This document shows positions 1 through 10,960 of a DNA stretch of 64,000 nucleotides, piece after piece (position 1 is the first letter of the stretch; the number at the start of each line of letters is the position of its first letter). The notes beneath the pieces are model-generated. The model had not been told where the DNA came from, did no database searches, and worked only from the letters and a program-made list of their open reading frames with translations. Where the stretch lies: the IMG/VR virus record IMGVR_UViG_3300020577_003313. One strand, 5' to 3'. A program made the translations under genes and the position numbers. This DNA is from a virus. Taxonomy: Duplodnaviria; Caudoviricetes.

Positions 1-412
1 TATCTAGAAGGGGGAAGCTGTCGATCAGTCTTCCCCATAGCTGTAAAGCTATTTGAATAAAGATAATGATCTCGATGTCACTATTCTTTGCTGCAAAATC
101 TTCTATTTCGGAACCATCTGTTGACTCTCCAGTCTCTGGATCTATCATTGACAAGACTGAATGGAAAGTCATCGAATAGAGTTCTTTTTCTGGGTTAAAG
201 TCTGCCCAGATCTTGTCATTATCAAATCCTAATCTGGAAGTCTTGGCATCATAGCGACTAGGAAACCTAACCGCTACAAAGTCTACCTTCCTCTCAGAAT
301 TTTGATTCGTTACTATACCGTAGGACATTTCAATCTCTGGTATATTCAGAGATGCGTCTTCTGGTATAGTAATAGAACCTGTTATTGACTTGGGATAAAC
401 AGAAGCTGTCAC
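1..412 (-). CDS. Hypothetical protein, truncated by window edge
   Basis: Frame open from GTG at 412 (overlapping the stop of the upstream gene) to position 1; my own translation VTASVYPKSITGSITIPED... Confidence 0.6.
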   Translation of the reverse strand, partial: MTASVYPKSITGSITIPEDASLNIPEIEMSYGIVTNQNSERKVDFVAVRFPSRYDAKTSRLGFDNDKIWADFNPEKELYSMTFHSVLSMIDPETGESTDGSEIEDFAAKNSDIEIIIFIQIALQLWGRLIDSFPLLD

Positions 413-993
413 GTGGATGTCTGAGCCTTTACAGAACCGTTGACTAGCTCGATCATTTTTCTGTAAATGCTGATCGAGTATTCTAGGTCAGATATTGCTC
501 TATGATTCTTAGAAGGGCTTTCGCCTTCTAGGAAAGTCTTGAAAGCAAGTCTGAAAACACTTACATCAAAGTTTCTGTAGTGAAGCCTAGAGTAGATGTT
601 TGGCCAATCTATCTTTACCCACTCCTTATCGAAGTGGATAGAAGAACCTGCTATGATTAACTGATGGTTCGGCGGTAGCTTAGTATCAATCAATTGAGCA
701 ATCGCGGCCTCTTCTGTTACTATAGAATCCTCGTAGTAACAGTTCCTGCTCTCAATAGTGAGTAGGTCGAGAAGCCTATTCTTAGTATGCATCTCAACAA
801 TATCTGGATGCATTAAAGACTTAGCAGATTCGACATTCTGTCGAATTAGGTTATCCTTTCTGAAGATCTCTCTTAGATTTAAGTCTGTACAGATACAGGC
901 GTATTCTAAGATTCGACCGTTGTCTACATCGAGACCCGTGGTCTCTAGATCAATCCAGAGTAAGAACTGCGGGATATCAGTTTTATTTGTCAT
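409..993 (-). CDS. orn: Oligoribonuclease-like DEDDh exonuclease
   Basis: Motifs WIDLETTGLD, GSSIHFD, RLHYRNFDVS, HRAISDL match Orn. Confidence 0.85.
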   Translation of the reverse strand: MTNKTDIPQFLLWIDLETTGLDVDNGRILEYACICTDLNLREIFRKDNLIRQNVESAKSLMHPDIVEMHTKNRLLDLLTIESRNCYYEDSIVTEEAAIAQLIDTKLPPNHQLIIAGSSIHFDKEWVKIDWPNIYSRLHYRNFDVSVFRLAFKTFLEGESPSKNHRAISDLEYSISIYRKMIELVNGSVKAQTST

Positions 994-1520
994 GACAATT
1001 CAGCCTTAACCTTCATTAGTAAAGAATCTATTTCCCTTCTAGGAATGTTCATCTGCTCGGAAACTTCTTCAACACTTTGTTTGTCTATGGCTATCCTAGT
1101 AAGGATAGCTTTCTCAGTATCATTAGAAGTTAGATCCTCAAGAATAAACTCCAGGCTATGGGCAATACCGTTAGTATGGGTAACTACCATAGATTTGAAG
1201 TCAGTTTCTCGACGGCGCCTAACTGCAACTTTTCTGTATTCATCAATACAGAAATTCTTCACTGCATTAGTAATGTAAGAAAGTACATTCTTATGCTTCT
1301 GAAGAATGTCGATGTTGTTAACTATCTTGGTCAATGTCCAGTTGATAGAAGACATTAACTCATAGTTAGTTATAGATAACTTCGAAGATACCTTAACCTT
1401 CCAGGTTAAGAAAGGAGAAAGTATTGCTACAAACTCTTCTCTAGAACCTGGAATTCCATTCTTGATGTCATCAATTAATTGATGAATCCTTACTTGGACT
1501 TCTTTCTTATCAGAGAAAGG
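990..1520 (-). CDS. ECF-type sigma-70-like factor (start uncertain; track start 1355, frame open to 1520)
   Basis: C-terminal region-4-like HTH (EKAIL...SVEEVSEQMNIPRREIDSLL); upstream in-frame LIDDIKNG...REEFVAILSPFL resembles an ECF N-terminus. Confidence 0.55.
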   Translation of the reverse strand, partial: PFSDKKEVQVRIHQLIDDIKNGIPGSREEFVAILSPFLTWKVKVSSKLSITNYELMSSINWTLTKIVNNIDILQKHKNVLSYITNAVKNFCIDEYRKVAVRRRRETDFKSMVVTHTNGIAHSLEFILEDLTSNDTEKAILTRIAIDKQSVEEVSEQMNIPRREIDSLLMKVKAELS

Positions 1521-1854
1521 TTATTGGGGCAGCGCCCCCATTTGTCACTGCTGGGGCCTTGCTAGAAGTTTCTACTTCAGGCGTAGGACTGTCTTTCTTA
1601 GTTTCAGTCTTGATAACTGGGCTTCCGCCCACCTCAATACTCATACCAAGAGCAGACGCTACCGAGATGTAGCTAGCAATGTTAGCAGTTTCACCCTTCA
1701 AGATGGTCTTGATGGAGTTAGAAGACAATCCAGTCTCCTTAACTAGGGTACCCATTGAGATGTTCTTGGAAATAAATCCAGCACGAAGTGCTACGGAAAT
1801 TTCCTTTACCTGCTGCAAAACTTTATCAGAGTGTGTCTTTGTCTTATTAGCCAT
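1510..1854 (-). CDS. XRE-like helix-turn-helix protein
   Basis: ISMGTLVKETGLSSNSIKTILKGE...IASYISVASALG pattern. Confidence 0.65.
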   Translation of the reverse strand: MANKTKTHSDKVLQQVKEISVALRAGFISKNISMGTLVKETGLSSNSIKTILKGETANIASYISVASALGMSIEVGGSPVIKTETKKDSPTPEVETSSKAPAVTNGGAAPITFL

Positions 1855-1889
1855 AATTTTGACCTTTATTTATTGAGTAATACGGTTCA

Positions 1890-2612
1890 TCACAAATTAA
1901 TGACAACCGGCGGCTGTAGTGTTTTGTAATCTCTTTTCAAAGAGCAAACATTATACAGATCCACATTGCCTAACTTGGTGCTACCATAAGCTTCGTGGAT
2001 ATGTCCAAATATCCCCGCCTTCAGCTTAGGTAACTGCTTAATTCTTTCTAGTAATCTAGTAGAGCCTACACGATTGCCTTCTAGGCAATGATCTAGTGGC
2101 GATAACCTAGGAGGACCATGACAAACAAGTACTTCAGTATCATCTTCTATAGCAGAGTAAATCTTTCTTAGAAGAGGATGGTTAGTATCTGGTTCAGCAG
2201 AAGGCCCTGGACCTCCGTGGTATGCATTATCCTTACCAGGATCGTGCTCTAGTCCATTAAACGCCCAATCAAAAAAGAAAGGTGTCCACGGTGTACCATA
2301 TACCTTTAGACCTTCTAAAGTAACGCTCTTATCTACAAGATAGTGAACATTACTAGGAATGTAATCCTTTATTTCTTTATTGGTATACTTATTGGTTAAA
2401 GTTTTACCAGTAAAAAAGAAATCATGGTTACCAGGTATAAAGACTTTATGCTTAGCTTGATCTAAGCTAGAAAACCAGTTCAAGAAACTTGATACTTCCA
2501 TTTCAGATCCATGAAGAGTAGCATCTCCTGCATGAATTAGAATGTCGCATTCCTCTATTTGAATTCTGGAATGATTGTTGTGAGTATCACTGATACAAAC
2601 TAGCTTAGTCAT
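1890..2612 (-). CDS. Calcineurin-like metallophosphoesterase
   Basis: ISDTH, HAGD, PGNHD, HGPP, GHIHE motifs. Confidence 0.9.
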   Translation of the reverse strand: MTKLVCISDTHNNHSRIQIEECDILIHAGDATLHGSEMEVSSFLNWFSSLDQAKHKVFIPGNHDFFFTGKTLTNKYTNKEIKDYIPSNVHYLVDKSVTLEGLKVYGTPWTPFFFDWAFNGLEHDPGKDNAYHGGPGPSAEPDTNHPLLRKIYSAIEDDTEVLVCHGPPRLSPLDHCLEGNRVGSTRLLERIKQLPKLKAGIFGHIHEAYGSTKLGNVDLYNVCSLKRDYKTLQPPVVINL

Positions 2613-3511
2613 GTTATTTATGGTTGCTGAGTGTTACTAGGATCGGTATACTTACCGTGATTAACTAAATCTTCTCCTAGTTCTTTTTTAAGAGCTTCTA
2701 ACTTCTTCTGCTTTCTCTTAAGAGCAGCAGCAGCTTTTTGTTTCTGGCGCTTAGCTTCAAGTTTTTCAAACCTTTTTTCGCGCTCTTTTTCTTCTGCGTA
2801 GGCTTCTTTAGCTTTCTCAACAATACTGGCATAGTCTATTTGTTCAGCTAATCTTAGCCCAAACGATTTATTGGACGAGCAGTAGAATTTAAGAATCTCG
2901 TATTCCTCATCTGTTACCTCTTCCCAACTACCTAAAGATGTAACCACATCAATATTTTCATAATAAGTTGATGGTAGAGGGGCAGTTTGATACAAGATGA
3001 TTCTACGCATCTTCGTCTACCTTATATAGCCAAGGATTACTATAGAAAAATTCTGTAATGTTTAGAGCACTCTTAATAGCCTTACTAACTTTTGCGTGGA
3101 ATAAGGTATAGTCTAAACCAATGTCCTGGCAAACTGCGTCAGTACAATACTCAACTATTTGATCTCTAAACTCATTGAGTTCTTTTCTATTTATCTTCTT
3201 GAATTTTTTAGCAGCCATCTGATGCCTCATCAAATTTACTAGGTCTTAGGGATAAATTAAACTCGTGAGCCTGCTCACTAGTTAACTCTTGTACATTAAG
3301 TACATCTCTGTAAAAGTCAATAGCGTTCTCACCTATTCCAGTTGATGATCCTGCATTGATACAGTTCTCAATATAGTCCATAGTTTCTGGATCTGATGAA
3401 TGAACCATATCAATAAGTTTATTGAACGCGCTGTCTGTATCCTTAGCTTCAATGACTACATCAAAGTCGTGAGTAGTAGGTATCCAGCATGGTATTTTGA
3501 AAAAAGGCATA

Positions 3512-3988
3512 TCAAGACTCCGGTAAGAACGTGTAGGTTGTTCTAAGTAGCTCTTGAGCTAGCTTGTATTTATCAAGCTTAGCTCCTTTCTGAAGCTCTA
3601 CAGAGTTATTCTGGATGTCAAAATATTTGACAATCGCGACGATCTCGTTATTAGAGTCAATTATACCTCTAATGTACTCAGTGTAGTCGCCGTAGTTCTT
3701 CTTATTAAGAACATTACAGTTCACAATGACTGAAGGTCTTACATTGAACTTAGTTCTTAACTCTTCTTGAGTAACTTCACAATCTTCTAGCACGTCATGA
3801 AGAATAGCAGTCTGGTATACTACATCTTCGTCTACATCTAGGTAGGCACAATTATTGACAAAGCTTAGAGCCTCCTTAGCTACTGCTATAGGATGTACTA
3901 TGTAAGCTTCTCCGCCCCATCTAGTTTGACCAAAATGTAAACTGGCGGCTATGTTCAGGACTTGTGCGTTTGTAGCGTATTCAGTCAT
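3512..3988 (-). CDS. HD-domain protein, RelA/SpoT hydrolase (small alarmone hydrolase)-like
   Basis: HFGQTR..GEAYIVHPIAVA, AILHDVLED, VKYFD.QNN. Confidence 0.75.
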   Translation of the reverse strand: MTEYATNAQVLNIAASLHFGQTRWGGEAYIVHPIAVAKEALSFVNNCAYLDVDEDVVYQTAILHDVLEDCEVTQEELRTKFNVRPSVIVNCNVLNKKNYGDYTEYIRGIIDSNNEIVAIVKYFDIQNNSVELQKGAKLDKYKLAQELLRTTYTFLPES

Positions 3989-4808
3989 TGTTCCTCGGGG
4001 GGAGTTAATTCGGTAACCCAGTATTCAGAATTTCTGATGCTGTACTCAGCATCAGCGTACTCTAATGCTTGCTCTGCATCCTCGAAAGGACCGTAATAGA
4101 AGAATCCGTCTACTGGATTACCGGAGATAATAATATGCAAGCGTCAATCCTTAAAGATTACGTCCACATTAATTCTACCAAACAATTTTTTAAGAAGCTC
4201 TTCTCTTTCCTTACCCTTAGGCTCCGCAGCATCATTGATCCTGATAGCTTCAGATTCTATCTCGACCAATTTATCATACATCTTTTTTGCTTTCTTATTT
4301 TCTTTTAGATTAACTGTTTCGACATAAGTTAACTCGGAAGGAACTCCATATCCTTCTATGTCATTATTTTCTAGCTCGCAAAGCTGCTTGCAAGCAAAGC
4401 CTAGACAACACATTGATCCATATTCATTTCTTAGTGTTGAGTTGCAGAATCCTGCGCGATCTTCTCCACGCAGCCACTTCTTACGTCTAATAACTAACTT
4501 ATTCTTTTTAGCCATGTTTTGTTTCCTCAGTAAATCTTTCGTCAAAAACTATTCTTTCTATCTTCGTTCTCTTAATAAAGATGTTTCTAGCTTTAAGAAC
4601 GAACATTAACTGACTCATTTTAGAGCGAGCAATATCAAATTGCTTCGCGTGAGTAGTGAAATAAAAGTTATCACCAGATCCTAAAATAGGATCATCTGTA
4701 ATAGAACTAGTGTGCCATCCATAGGTCTTTGCTAGCTTAATGTACTCTTTCCTAGCAAGTTCTACAGAGTAAGGAACTGTAATATGTATTTCGTAAGTGT
4801 ACATTTAT

Positions 4809-5240
4809 TTAATCACACCTACCAAAGTCATCAGCGAGTCTGACTATATCAGACTCAGATAGAGTAGAGTACATATCTGCTCTTCTCCATACTTCAATTA
4901 TCTCTAGCTCTTGCTTATTGCTGATGTTCTCTAATCTATGTAAGCATTTTCTACCTAATTGAAGTGTACTATGAACTTCATTGATAAAAAAGCTAGATAT
5001 TACGAAGTCTGAAATAGTTGGATGTTTTAAGTTAGGATGAGTTAAATGTCCTACTAAGACTAGACCCTCGCCGGACTTATGTATCCAAGTCTCTGTTCTG
5101 TCTTTGTGATACTGGAGACTAGTCCTCGCTTTAGCGAAGACCTTTATTGTCTTAACGACAATCTCAGGGGAAACGTGAATAACACGCATTTCACCCCATG
5201 GTCTATTTATTTGCATTCCGACTTTTAAATTGTCAGTCAT
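4809..5240 (-). CDS. Cupin, mannose-6-phosphate isomerase type II C-terminal-like
   Basis: RPWG, SLQYHKDRTETW, HRLEN, ESDIVRLADDFGR; start placed at MTDNLK. Confidence 0.75.
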   Translation of the reverse strand: MTDNLKVGMQINRPWGEMRVIHVSPEIVVKTIKVFAKARTSLQYHKDRTETWIHKSGEGLVLVGHLTHPNLKHPTISDFVISSFFINEVHSTLQLGRKCLHRLENISNKQELEIIEVWRRADMYSTLSESDIVRLADDFGRCD

Positions 5241-5689
5241 CTTTTTTCTCAGTATGATATTGTGATATAAGGACCACAAGGAGGCAAGATCATAGGATCT
5301 TTTCTTTTAAAATCGCACTCCACTGTTCTGTAAGCTTCTACAGGTTTATCTCCAGGTTCGTAACCAACATAGTCTATTCGACTTCCTGTGGGCCATTCCC
5401 CATATAACCTTACATCTAAGTCTCCATACTTATACTTGAGGTTATTAAGCTTTTCTACTAGTTCTGTGATAGTCATTGTTGAGCTGATTCAAGTCTTTCT
5501 ACCCTATACTTAAGTTCTAATATCAAATCTACAAGCTCGCAATAGTTTCTTTCCATTTGATAAAAAGTCCTAGGGTCTTTTCTTTTGAGTTCAATATCAG
5601 CTAATCTTTGTTTTTCACGGTCTGCTTCAATTAAGTCGTCGTAATGTCCCATTTAGTCTTTTGCCCTCGGATACTATGTCTAAAGTAAT

Positions 5690-5718
5690 AAAAAAAGAGC
5701 ACCATTTCTGGTGCTCTT
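5690..5718 (-). terminator. Rho-independent terminator after nrdJ
   Basis: Minus strand GAGCACCA-GAAA-TGGTGCTC followed by a T run. Confidence 0.8.
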
Positions 5719-5751
5719 AAAGTGACTCCCCACTAAGGTTACTTTTTACTT

Positions 5752-8703
5752 TTAAATGGAGCACGAGTCATTCGTGCAAAATCTTTCGCCTTTGCTCTCT
5801 TCTTTACCATCTCTCAGGTCTAATTCTCCTAGAGAATTAACATATTCATCATACTCTTGTTCTGTACAAGTTTGATACGGAGCCTGAGGATAGTTGTGAT
5901 TATCCAATGGTAGGAAAGACAGAGTCTTTACATAAGGAGCGAAATATTCAATCGCGCCTAATAGATCTTTCACCTCTTCAGGTTTAAAAGTTATCGTGCA
6001 AGACACTGAGTTATCCGACCAATAATATTGTAGTTCTTTTACTAGAGTAAGCTGTTCCCATAGAGAGATGTCATACTTGCTCTTAGTAAAGTTACTTTCC
6101 CTTACAGGGAAGTAAACTACCATTGTATTCTTGTCCGTTAAAGAAGGTTCTATTCTATACCTTGCTGCTGCTAGTTTCTTTAGCAGTGGACTATTTGCGG
6201 CAACTCTAATAGTTCTCATATAGAACTCACTGTGGGTACAGTGTACACCAGGAGTCGCGCCTGCTAGTAAGCTAATAGTTCCACTAGGCTTAATAGTAGT
6301 AATCTTAAGTGATGTAGGTACGCCTAACCATCTAGAATAGATGGTATCCCAGTAATCTACAGTCTCGTAACCCTTGTCACAGAACTCAGATAGATACTTC
6401 TGAATACCAAATTTCTTAATAGCTTGCTGAATACCTGACTGAGAAGTTCCAATGCGACGATTACGGAGCATTACTTGATTAGTAGCTTCGCAGTGAGTAG
6501 GCACAAGAGTTACACTCTTCGCATACAGATACGCATACTTTAGCGTCTCGTGATAGTCTTCTGAGTTATCATGATTAGCCGGGAAAGTCTCTACTAAGCA
6601 GCACATCTCTTTGTCGTGTAGAGTCATCTCCGCGCACGGATTTACTCCAACACAATCGTCATACTTCGGATGCTTAATTTCTCTTCTTCCATCCTTAACT
6701 CGTCCAAAATGTTGGCAGTTTTCCAGTAGAATAATTCCTGGCTCACCATTCTTAGTGATGTTACCAATAATTCTGCTGAAGTTTGAATCAGGATTTGCAG
6801 TAACAGAGTTGTTACTCATCCATCTTCTATCAGCACATTCGTCTGGATACTTTGTATAGTCTTTCATTTCTATGAACTTAGTATCTTCGATACGACCCAT
6901 AGAAAGTTCGGCGCTTCTTCTTACATTACCAGCTACAACAAACTTACCGATATAATTCATGATATCGGTAATACCTACAGAATCTAATATCTTACCATCA
7001 TAGCTATCTAATAGTTTTGTGATGTTTGCGTGCCCTTCCCTTAAGGGGGCAGGACCGCTAGCTGTTCCGCCAAAGCCTTTAATAGGCGCACCTGGTCCTC
7101 TTATTTGATCATAATTGAATATGAACCATTCTTTTCTATCTTTCTGTATGTAATTATTTAGTAACAGTCTAATAGATTCTACCCAGCCTTCTCTTGAATC
7201 TGGTATAACGTAAGTAGTTAGAGGTATAGCTACATTGTAATCAGTAGGACACTTACTTATTTGTACCTTACCAGCGCCGAGTGTATCATATCCTACACCA
7301 ACACCAAGCATTAGCATGTCACAGGCCCATGCAAATGGGCCAGCAAAGTCCTTATCTATATCCTTAGTGCTAACAGTCGCACAATTAGATGTTAGTATAT
7401 TATCAGCAAGAGTAAATTTTTGATATCCTGGAACAGTTGCACAATATACTATCTCTTTTCTATCTGTTTTCTCTACAGATATAACAGTCCAATATTGTAA
7501 TTTTACTTCTGGATTATCTAAAAATCTTTCTCTGTGCGAATCTATTAAAAAGAAATCTTCAGTAAGTGCATTTCTATGCAAAACTATGGACCATAACCTA
7601 GAAGGTTTGTTAGTTAAGTTAGATATTCTATCTTCTTTAGTTGGTCCATATATAGGAATACCTAAAACTGAACAAAGTTCTCTTACCTTTAAGATATTAT
7701 TTTCATTTGTACTCTCTATAGAACAGCATCCAGACTTAGATACTGTACCATCAGCAGCAAAATATCCTGCTAAGAATCCATACAGATAAGATTTATTTTC
7801 TTCTAAAGATGGAAATTCTTTAAAATAATTTGGTAGTCCGACTACTCTAATATCCTGACCTGCCTTCTGGCGGTTACAATTATTAAAATAATCTAATAGC
7901 TGTAAGTTCTTTTCTCCACACAAAGTAACTCCGGCGGTAGCTCTTAAAGAAGCAGAAGAAAGGTTACCGTCTCCATATGTAATGCCATGGGCTATTCCAA
8001 ATGCAGAAGGGGTAATATCTTTTACTCCTTGTCCAAAGCAATATTGTAGTCTATGTATTCCCGGTCTTAATTCTACTGTAGTGAATCTAGAATAACCTTT
8101 ACTTCTATATTCCTGTCTTCTATCTTTAGCAAACCAGCCATGGTCTGCTGTGGCAAATATTTCCTTTCTTAATCCAGAACGACTAAGAGTTATTTTATAT
8201 AGTTCTTGGGATCCAAATGCTGTAATTGGAGCTTTTACCCACTTGCCGCCTTCTGTTAAAAGTGTAGGCTCAGTTCCTTGTAACTGAGATATTTGTTTAA
8301 TGCCTTCTGAAGTAATAACTTCAGTCTCGGCAGCAAAGCAGTTATTTAGTGCAGCAGAGCCAATCCTATCTACAATAGGAGTGCCCATAATCCACAGTCC
8401 TCTGCCAGGAGGTAGGAACTTAAAGTTCCACATCCTCTCGAACATAGCCTGTGCAGATTTTTGAGCTTTAGCAGCATCCCAAGGTAGATGAGAATTTTTA
8501 CAGTGTCTCATCTGGATAGTGAAAGAACCTTCTACACAACGCTTAATCGTGTCAAAAAATTCTTCACTAGTTCCATCTTCTTTGAGTCTTGAGTAGGTTC
8601 TCTTATAGGTAAAGTAACTGAGGGTTCCAAACCCCCAAGATGGTTGCTTACCTTGATATTTTCTTAGAAAATTTTCAGTTAATTTGAATCTAGTTTCGGT
8701 CAT
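5752..8703 (-). CDS. nrdJ: Class II (B12-dependent, monomeric type) ribonucleotide reductase containing an intein
   Basis: FLPPGRGLW, MLGVGVG, GNVRRSA, GVNPCAE, TTIKPSGTISLL, C-terminal CTNDSC. Confidence 0.93.
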   Translation of the reverse strand: MTETRFKLTENFLRKYQGKQPSWGFGTLSYFTYKRTYSRLKEDGTSEEFFDTIKRCVEGSFTIQMRHCKNSHLPWDAAKAQKSAQAMFERMWNFKFLPPGRGLWIMGTPIVDRIGSAALNNCFAAETEVITSEGIKQISQLQGTEPTLLTEGGKWVKAPITAFGSQELYKITLSRSGLRKEIFATADHGWFAKDRRQEYRSKGYSRFTTVELRPGIHRLQYCFGQGVKDITPSAFGIAHGITYGDGNLSSASLRATAGVTLCGEKNLQLLDYFNNCNRQKAGQDIRVVGLPNYFKEFPSLEENKSYLYGFLAGYFAADGTVSKSGCCSIESTNENNILKVRELCSVLGIPIYGPTKEDRISNLTNKPSRLWSIVLHRNALTEDFFLIDSHRERFLDNPEVKLQYWTVISVEKTDRKEIVYCATVPGYQKFTLADNILTSNCATVSTKDIDKDFAGPFAWACDMLMLGVGVGYDTLGAGKVQISKCPTDYNVAIPLTTYVIPDSREGWVESIRLLLNNYIQKDRKEWFIFNYDQIRGPGAPIKGFGGTASGPAPLREGHANITKLLDSYDGKILDSVGITDIMNYIGKFVVAGNVRRSAELSMGRIEDTKFIEMKDYTKYPDECADRRWMSNNSVTANPDSNFSRIIGNITKNGEPGIILLENCQHFGRVKDGRREIKHPKYDDCVGVNPCAEMTLHDKEMCCLVETFPANHDNSEDYHETLKYAYLYAKSVTLVPTHCEATNQVMLRNRRIGTSQSGIQQAIKKFGIQKYLSEFCDKGYETVDYWDTIYSRWLGVPTSLKITTIKPSGTISLLAGATPGVHCTHSEFYMRTIRVAANSPLLKKLAAARYRIEPSLTDKNTMVVYFPVRESNFTKSKYDISLWEQLTLVKELQYYWSDNSVSCTITFKPEEVKDLLGAIEYFAPYVKTLSFLPLDNHNYPQAPYQTCTEQEYDEYVNSLGELDLRDGKEESKGERFCTNDSCSI
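7384..8340 (-). mobile_element. Intein (319 aa) with LAGLIDADG endonuclease
   Basis: ALNN|CFAAET... and ...ADNILTSN|CAT junctions; ATADHGW block B; FLAGYFAADG motif. Confidence 0.92.
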
Positions 8704-9138
8704 TTTATTGTTAACAACTATTGAAAGGTTACTTATTTGTTCGGTTCTTTTTCTATTTGAAAGTAATCAATCAAATCCCCAGTCGCAATCAGAACTCTTT
8801 CTGGAAGAGAAAAGTACGTGTCAAGAAATGCTTCTATATAAGCAGTTTTCCAAGTATAGTACATATCAATCACGTCTGGCGTGGTATATGTCATATCCTT
8901 GTATTTAGAATAGTCAAATATTTTACCACAATGATAACATTTTGATGCAGTAAATTGCGTCTTATTAATCCTTATTGCTTTCATTTCATAGTGCTTACAA
9001 CAATAAGGACAGATGACTTTAACATCTCTTATGGCATTATAGTCGTAGTCATCGTCTTGTGAATTATAACACTTAGTAATCTGAACTATACTATCTAAGT
9101 TTATACCTTTAGTAAATTCTCGAAACTGGTCTAGAGTG

Positions 9139-9525
9139 TTAAATAGACAGAATTTGTTTTTCTGTTCTGGAGTTCTTAGAGTCATTGTACATAATAGCCA
9201 TTATGGTGTAAACGATAGCCCCGATCGCATCTGTGCGCCACTTGTTACAGCTTACATTAAACTTCTCGATAGAACCATCTTCTAAGGCTTCATCAATGTT
9301 TTTTGAATGGGTCTTAAGTTCCATTAACTTTTTAATGGCTTGACCAATTGAAAATCCATTGCCTACATTATCTGCAATGATTCTCCACGGCTGATCTTTG
9401 AAGTCACAGTTATGCCCGTGTCTTTCTTTGCCTTTTCCTCTAGTAACTTGATTTAATACTTCAGAGAGTATGCTTTCAAAATGTTTCTCCGAAAGCAGCT
9501 CAATCTTATCCTGTGCCTTGTCCAT
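9139..9525 (-). CDS. Conserved phage protein (GKGKERH family)
   Basis: GKGKERH...GQAIKKLME pattern; function not assignable. Confidence 0.45.
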   Translation of the reverse strand: MDKAQDKIELLSEKHFESILSEVLNQVTRGKGKERHGHNCDFKDQPWRIIADNVGNGFSIGQAIKKLMELKTHSKNIDEALEDGSIEKFNVSCNKWRTDAIGAIVYTIMAIMYNDSKNSRTEKQILSI

Positions 9526-9945
9526 TTTATTCTCCGGGCCTAATAATCATCTCGTCACATTTTCTAATGAGAATGTAGAATTGTTCTCTAGGTTTATTAT
9601 TCTCATTGAGGTTCAATTCAATGAACCAATTAGGAGCTTTATTTAGAATATCTTGTAGTGTCTTAGACACCTTGTCTCCTATTTCTATATCCAGAAAGAG
9701 ATCAGCTTTTGTAAAATCTTGTTCTTCATTTCTGTCAAGATGATCTCCTATTGAGGAGATCACAATACGCTGGAAGTTAGGAGCTCTTCTAGCATAGCGC
9801 ATAAACATATTATTGATGTAGTATTGTTTAATAATATCATACATCTCTGCTTCCTTCTCGACTTCTTTAGAGAAGTCAAGAACTAGAGAGAAATGTTTAG
9901 TATCAAATCTACCCGTTATTTTATGCATTCATCCCATGTTGTTCA

Positions 9946-10554
9946 TCAGAAACTCTGATCAAACTGTTTCGCAAAAAAACAAGCTAAGCGAACAGGATCA
10001 TTTTTCTGTGCTATCACAGCGATAGAGCGGTATGTTTCAAATGGTGGTCGCGCTCTATCTTTTACCGCTTTATAGTAAAGCAGCTGAACCTGGTCTCTGA
10101 TATCTAAATCAGAGATATACTTGATAGACTGTTCTGCATAATCTTTCAAGTATCCAGGTAACTTTAGTTTTAGATTTGACACAGTCTGAAACATGTCTGC
10201 TCGTTTATCAAACCAATCCTTCAGATTGGCTAAAGGCATGATAACAAACTGATCGTCAAACGTTGTAATTGGATTAACTATTTGGAGAGACAGCACAAGA
10301 AACTTTACATCCTTATGCCGTCCCTTCATCAAATTTTTATACTTGTTGATCCAAGGTTGTTTTGCTCTATATTTACATTCTGCTACTAGACCTACAGTTG
10401 GAAACGCCTTAGTCATTGTCTGATCTAAAGGAGCAATCACGTCAGGCAAGGACTCACTAAAGTCCCCGCCTCTGTGAATTCTTATACCCTTCAAGATCTC
10501 GGCCGTTGTCTTTTCAAGGTTTTTCCAAGCTGTAGACCTAGGCATAGCTATCAC
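9946..10554 (-). CDS. PD-(D/E)xK nuclease, resolvase-like
   Basis: WKNLEK, PDV, ECKY motifs. Confidence 0.55.
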   Translation of the reverse strand: MIAMPRSTAWKNLEKTTAEILKGIRIHRGGDFSESLPDVIAPLDQTMTKAFPTVGLVAECKYRAKQPWINKYKNLMKGRHKDVKFLVLSLQIVNPITTFDDQFVIMPLANLKDWFDKRADMFQTVSNLKLKLPGYLKDYAEQSIKYISDLDIRDQVQLLYYKAVKDRARPPFETYRSIAVIAQKNDPVRLACFFAKQFDQSF

Positions 10555-10952
10555 CAGTCAGACTTGGAAGAAGTCTTTGAGCTATTTTTAGCAGGAGTGC
10601 TATTAGAGTTGCTTGGCTTAGTATTGCTACTATTCTTAACAGAACCTCCAGCATCGCACTCTCTCTTTACTTGTTCAATAATGGCTTTTACAGATTCACT
10701 ATCTCTTTCTGAAGGAAATAGCTTGATGAATTGGATCTTAGCATCCTCGCCATCCTTAGTCTTGAAGTCTCTGTAAGGAGACGATACATATAAGGCGCCA
10801 GCCTTAGACTTAGATAGCTTAAGATCTGAGAGAGCCACGATGCAGGTACCGTCTACATAGACTTCTAGTCCGAATGTAGCTAGGATACCGAACTTTCTTT
10901 GATTCTCATTGCCAGATCTGGCTTTGACTACTTTAAACTCAACGTCACTCAT
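10551..10952 (-). CDS. SpoVG-like nucleic-acid-binding protein
   Basis: LATFGLEV...LSDLKLSKSKAGALYVSSPYR resembles the SpoVG fold; low-complexity tail; next to recA. Confidence 0.5.
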   Translation of the reverse strand: MSDVEFKVVKARSGNENQRKFGILATFGLEVYVDGTCIVALSDLKLSKSKAGALYVSSPYRDFKTKDGEDAKIQFIKLFPSERDSESVKAIIEQVKRECDAGGSVKNSSNTKPSNSNSTPAKNSSKTSSKSDW

Positions 10953-10960
10953 GGTATTAA

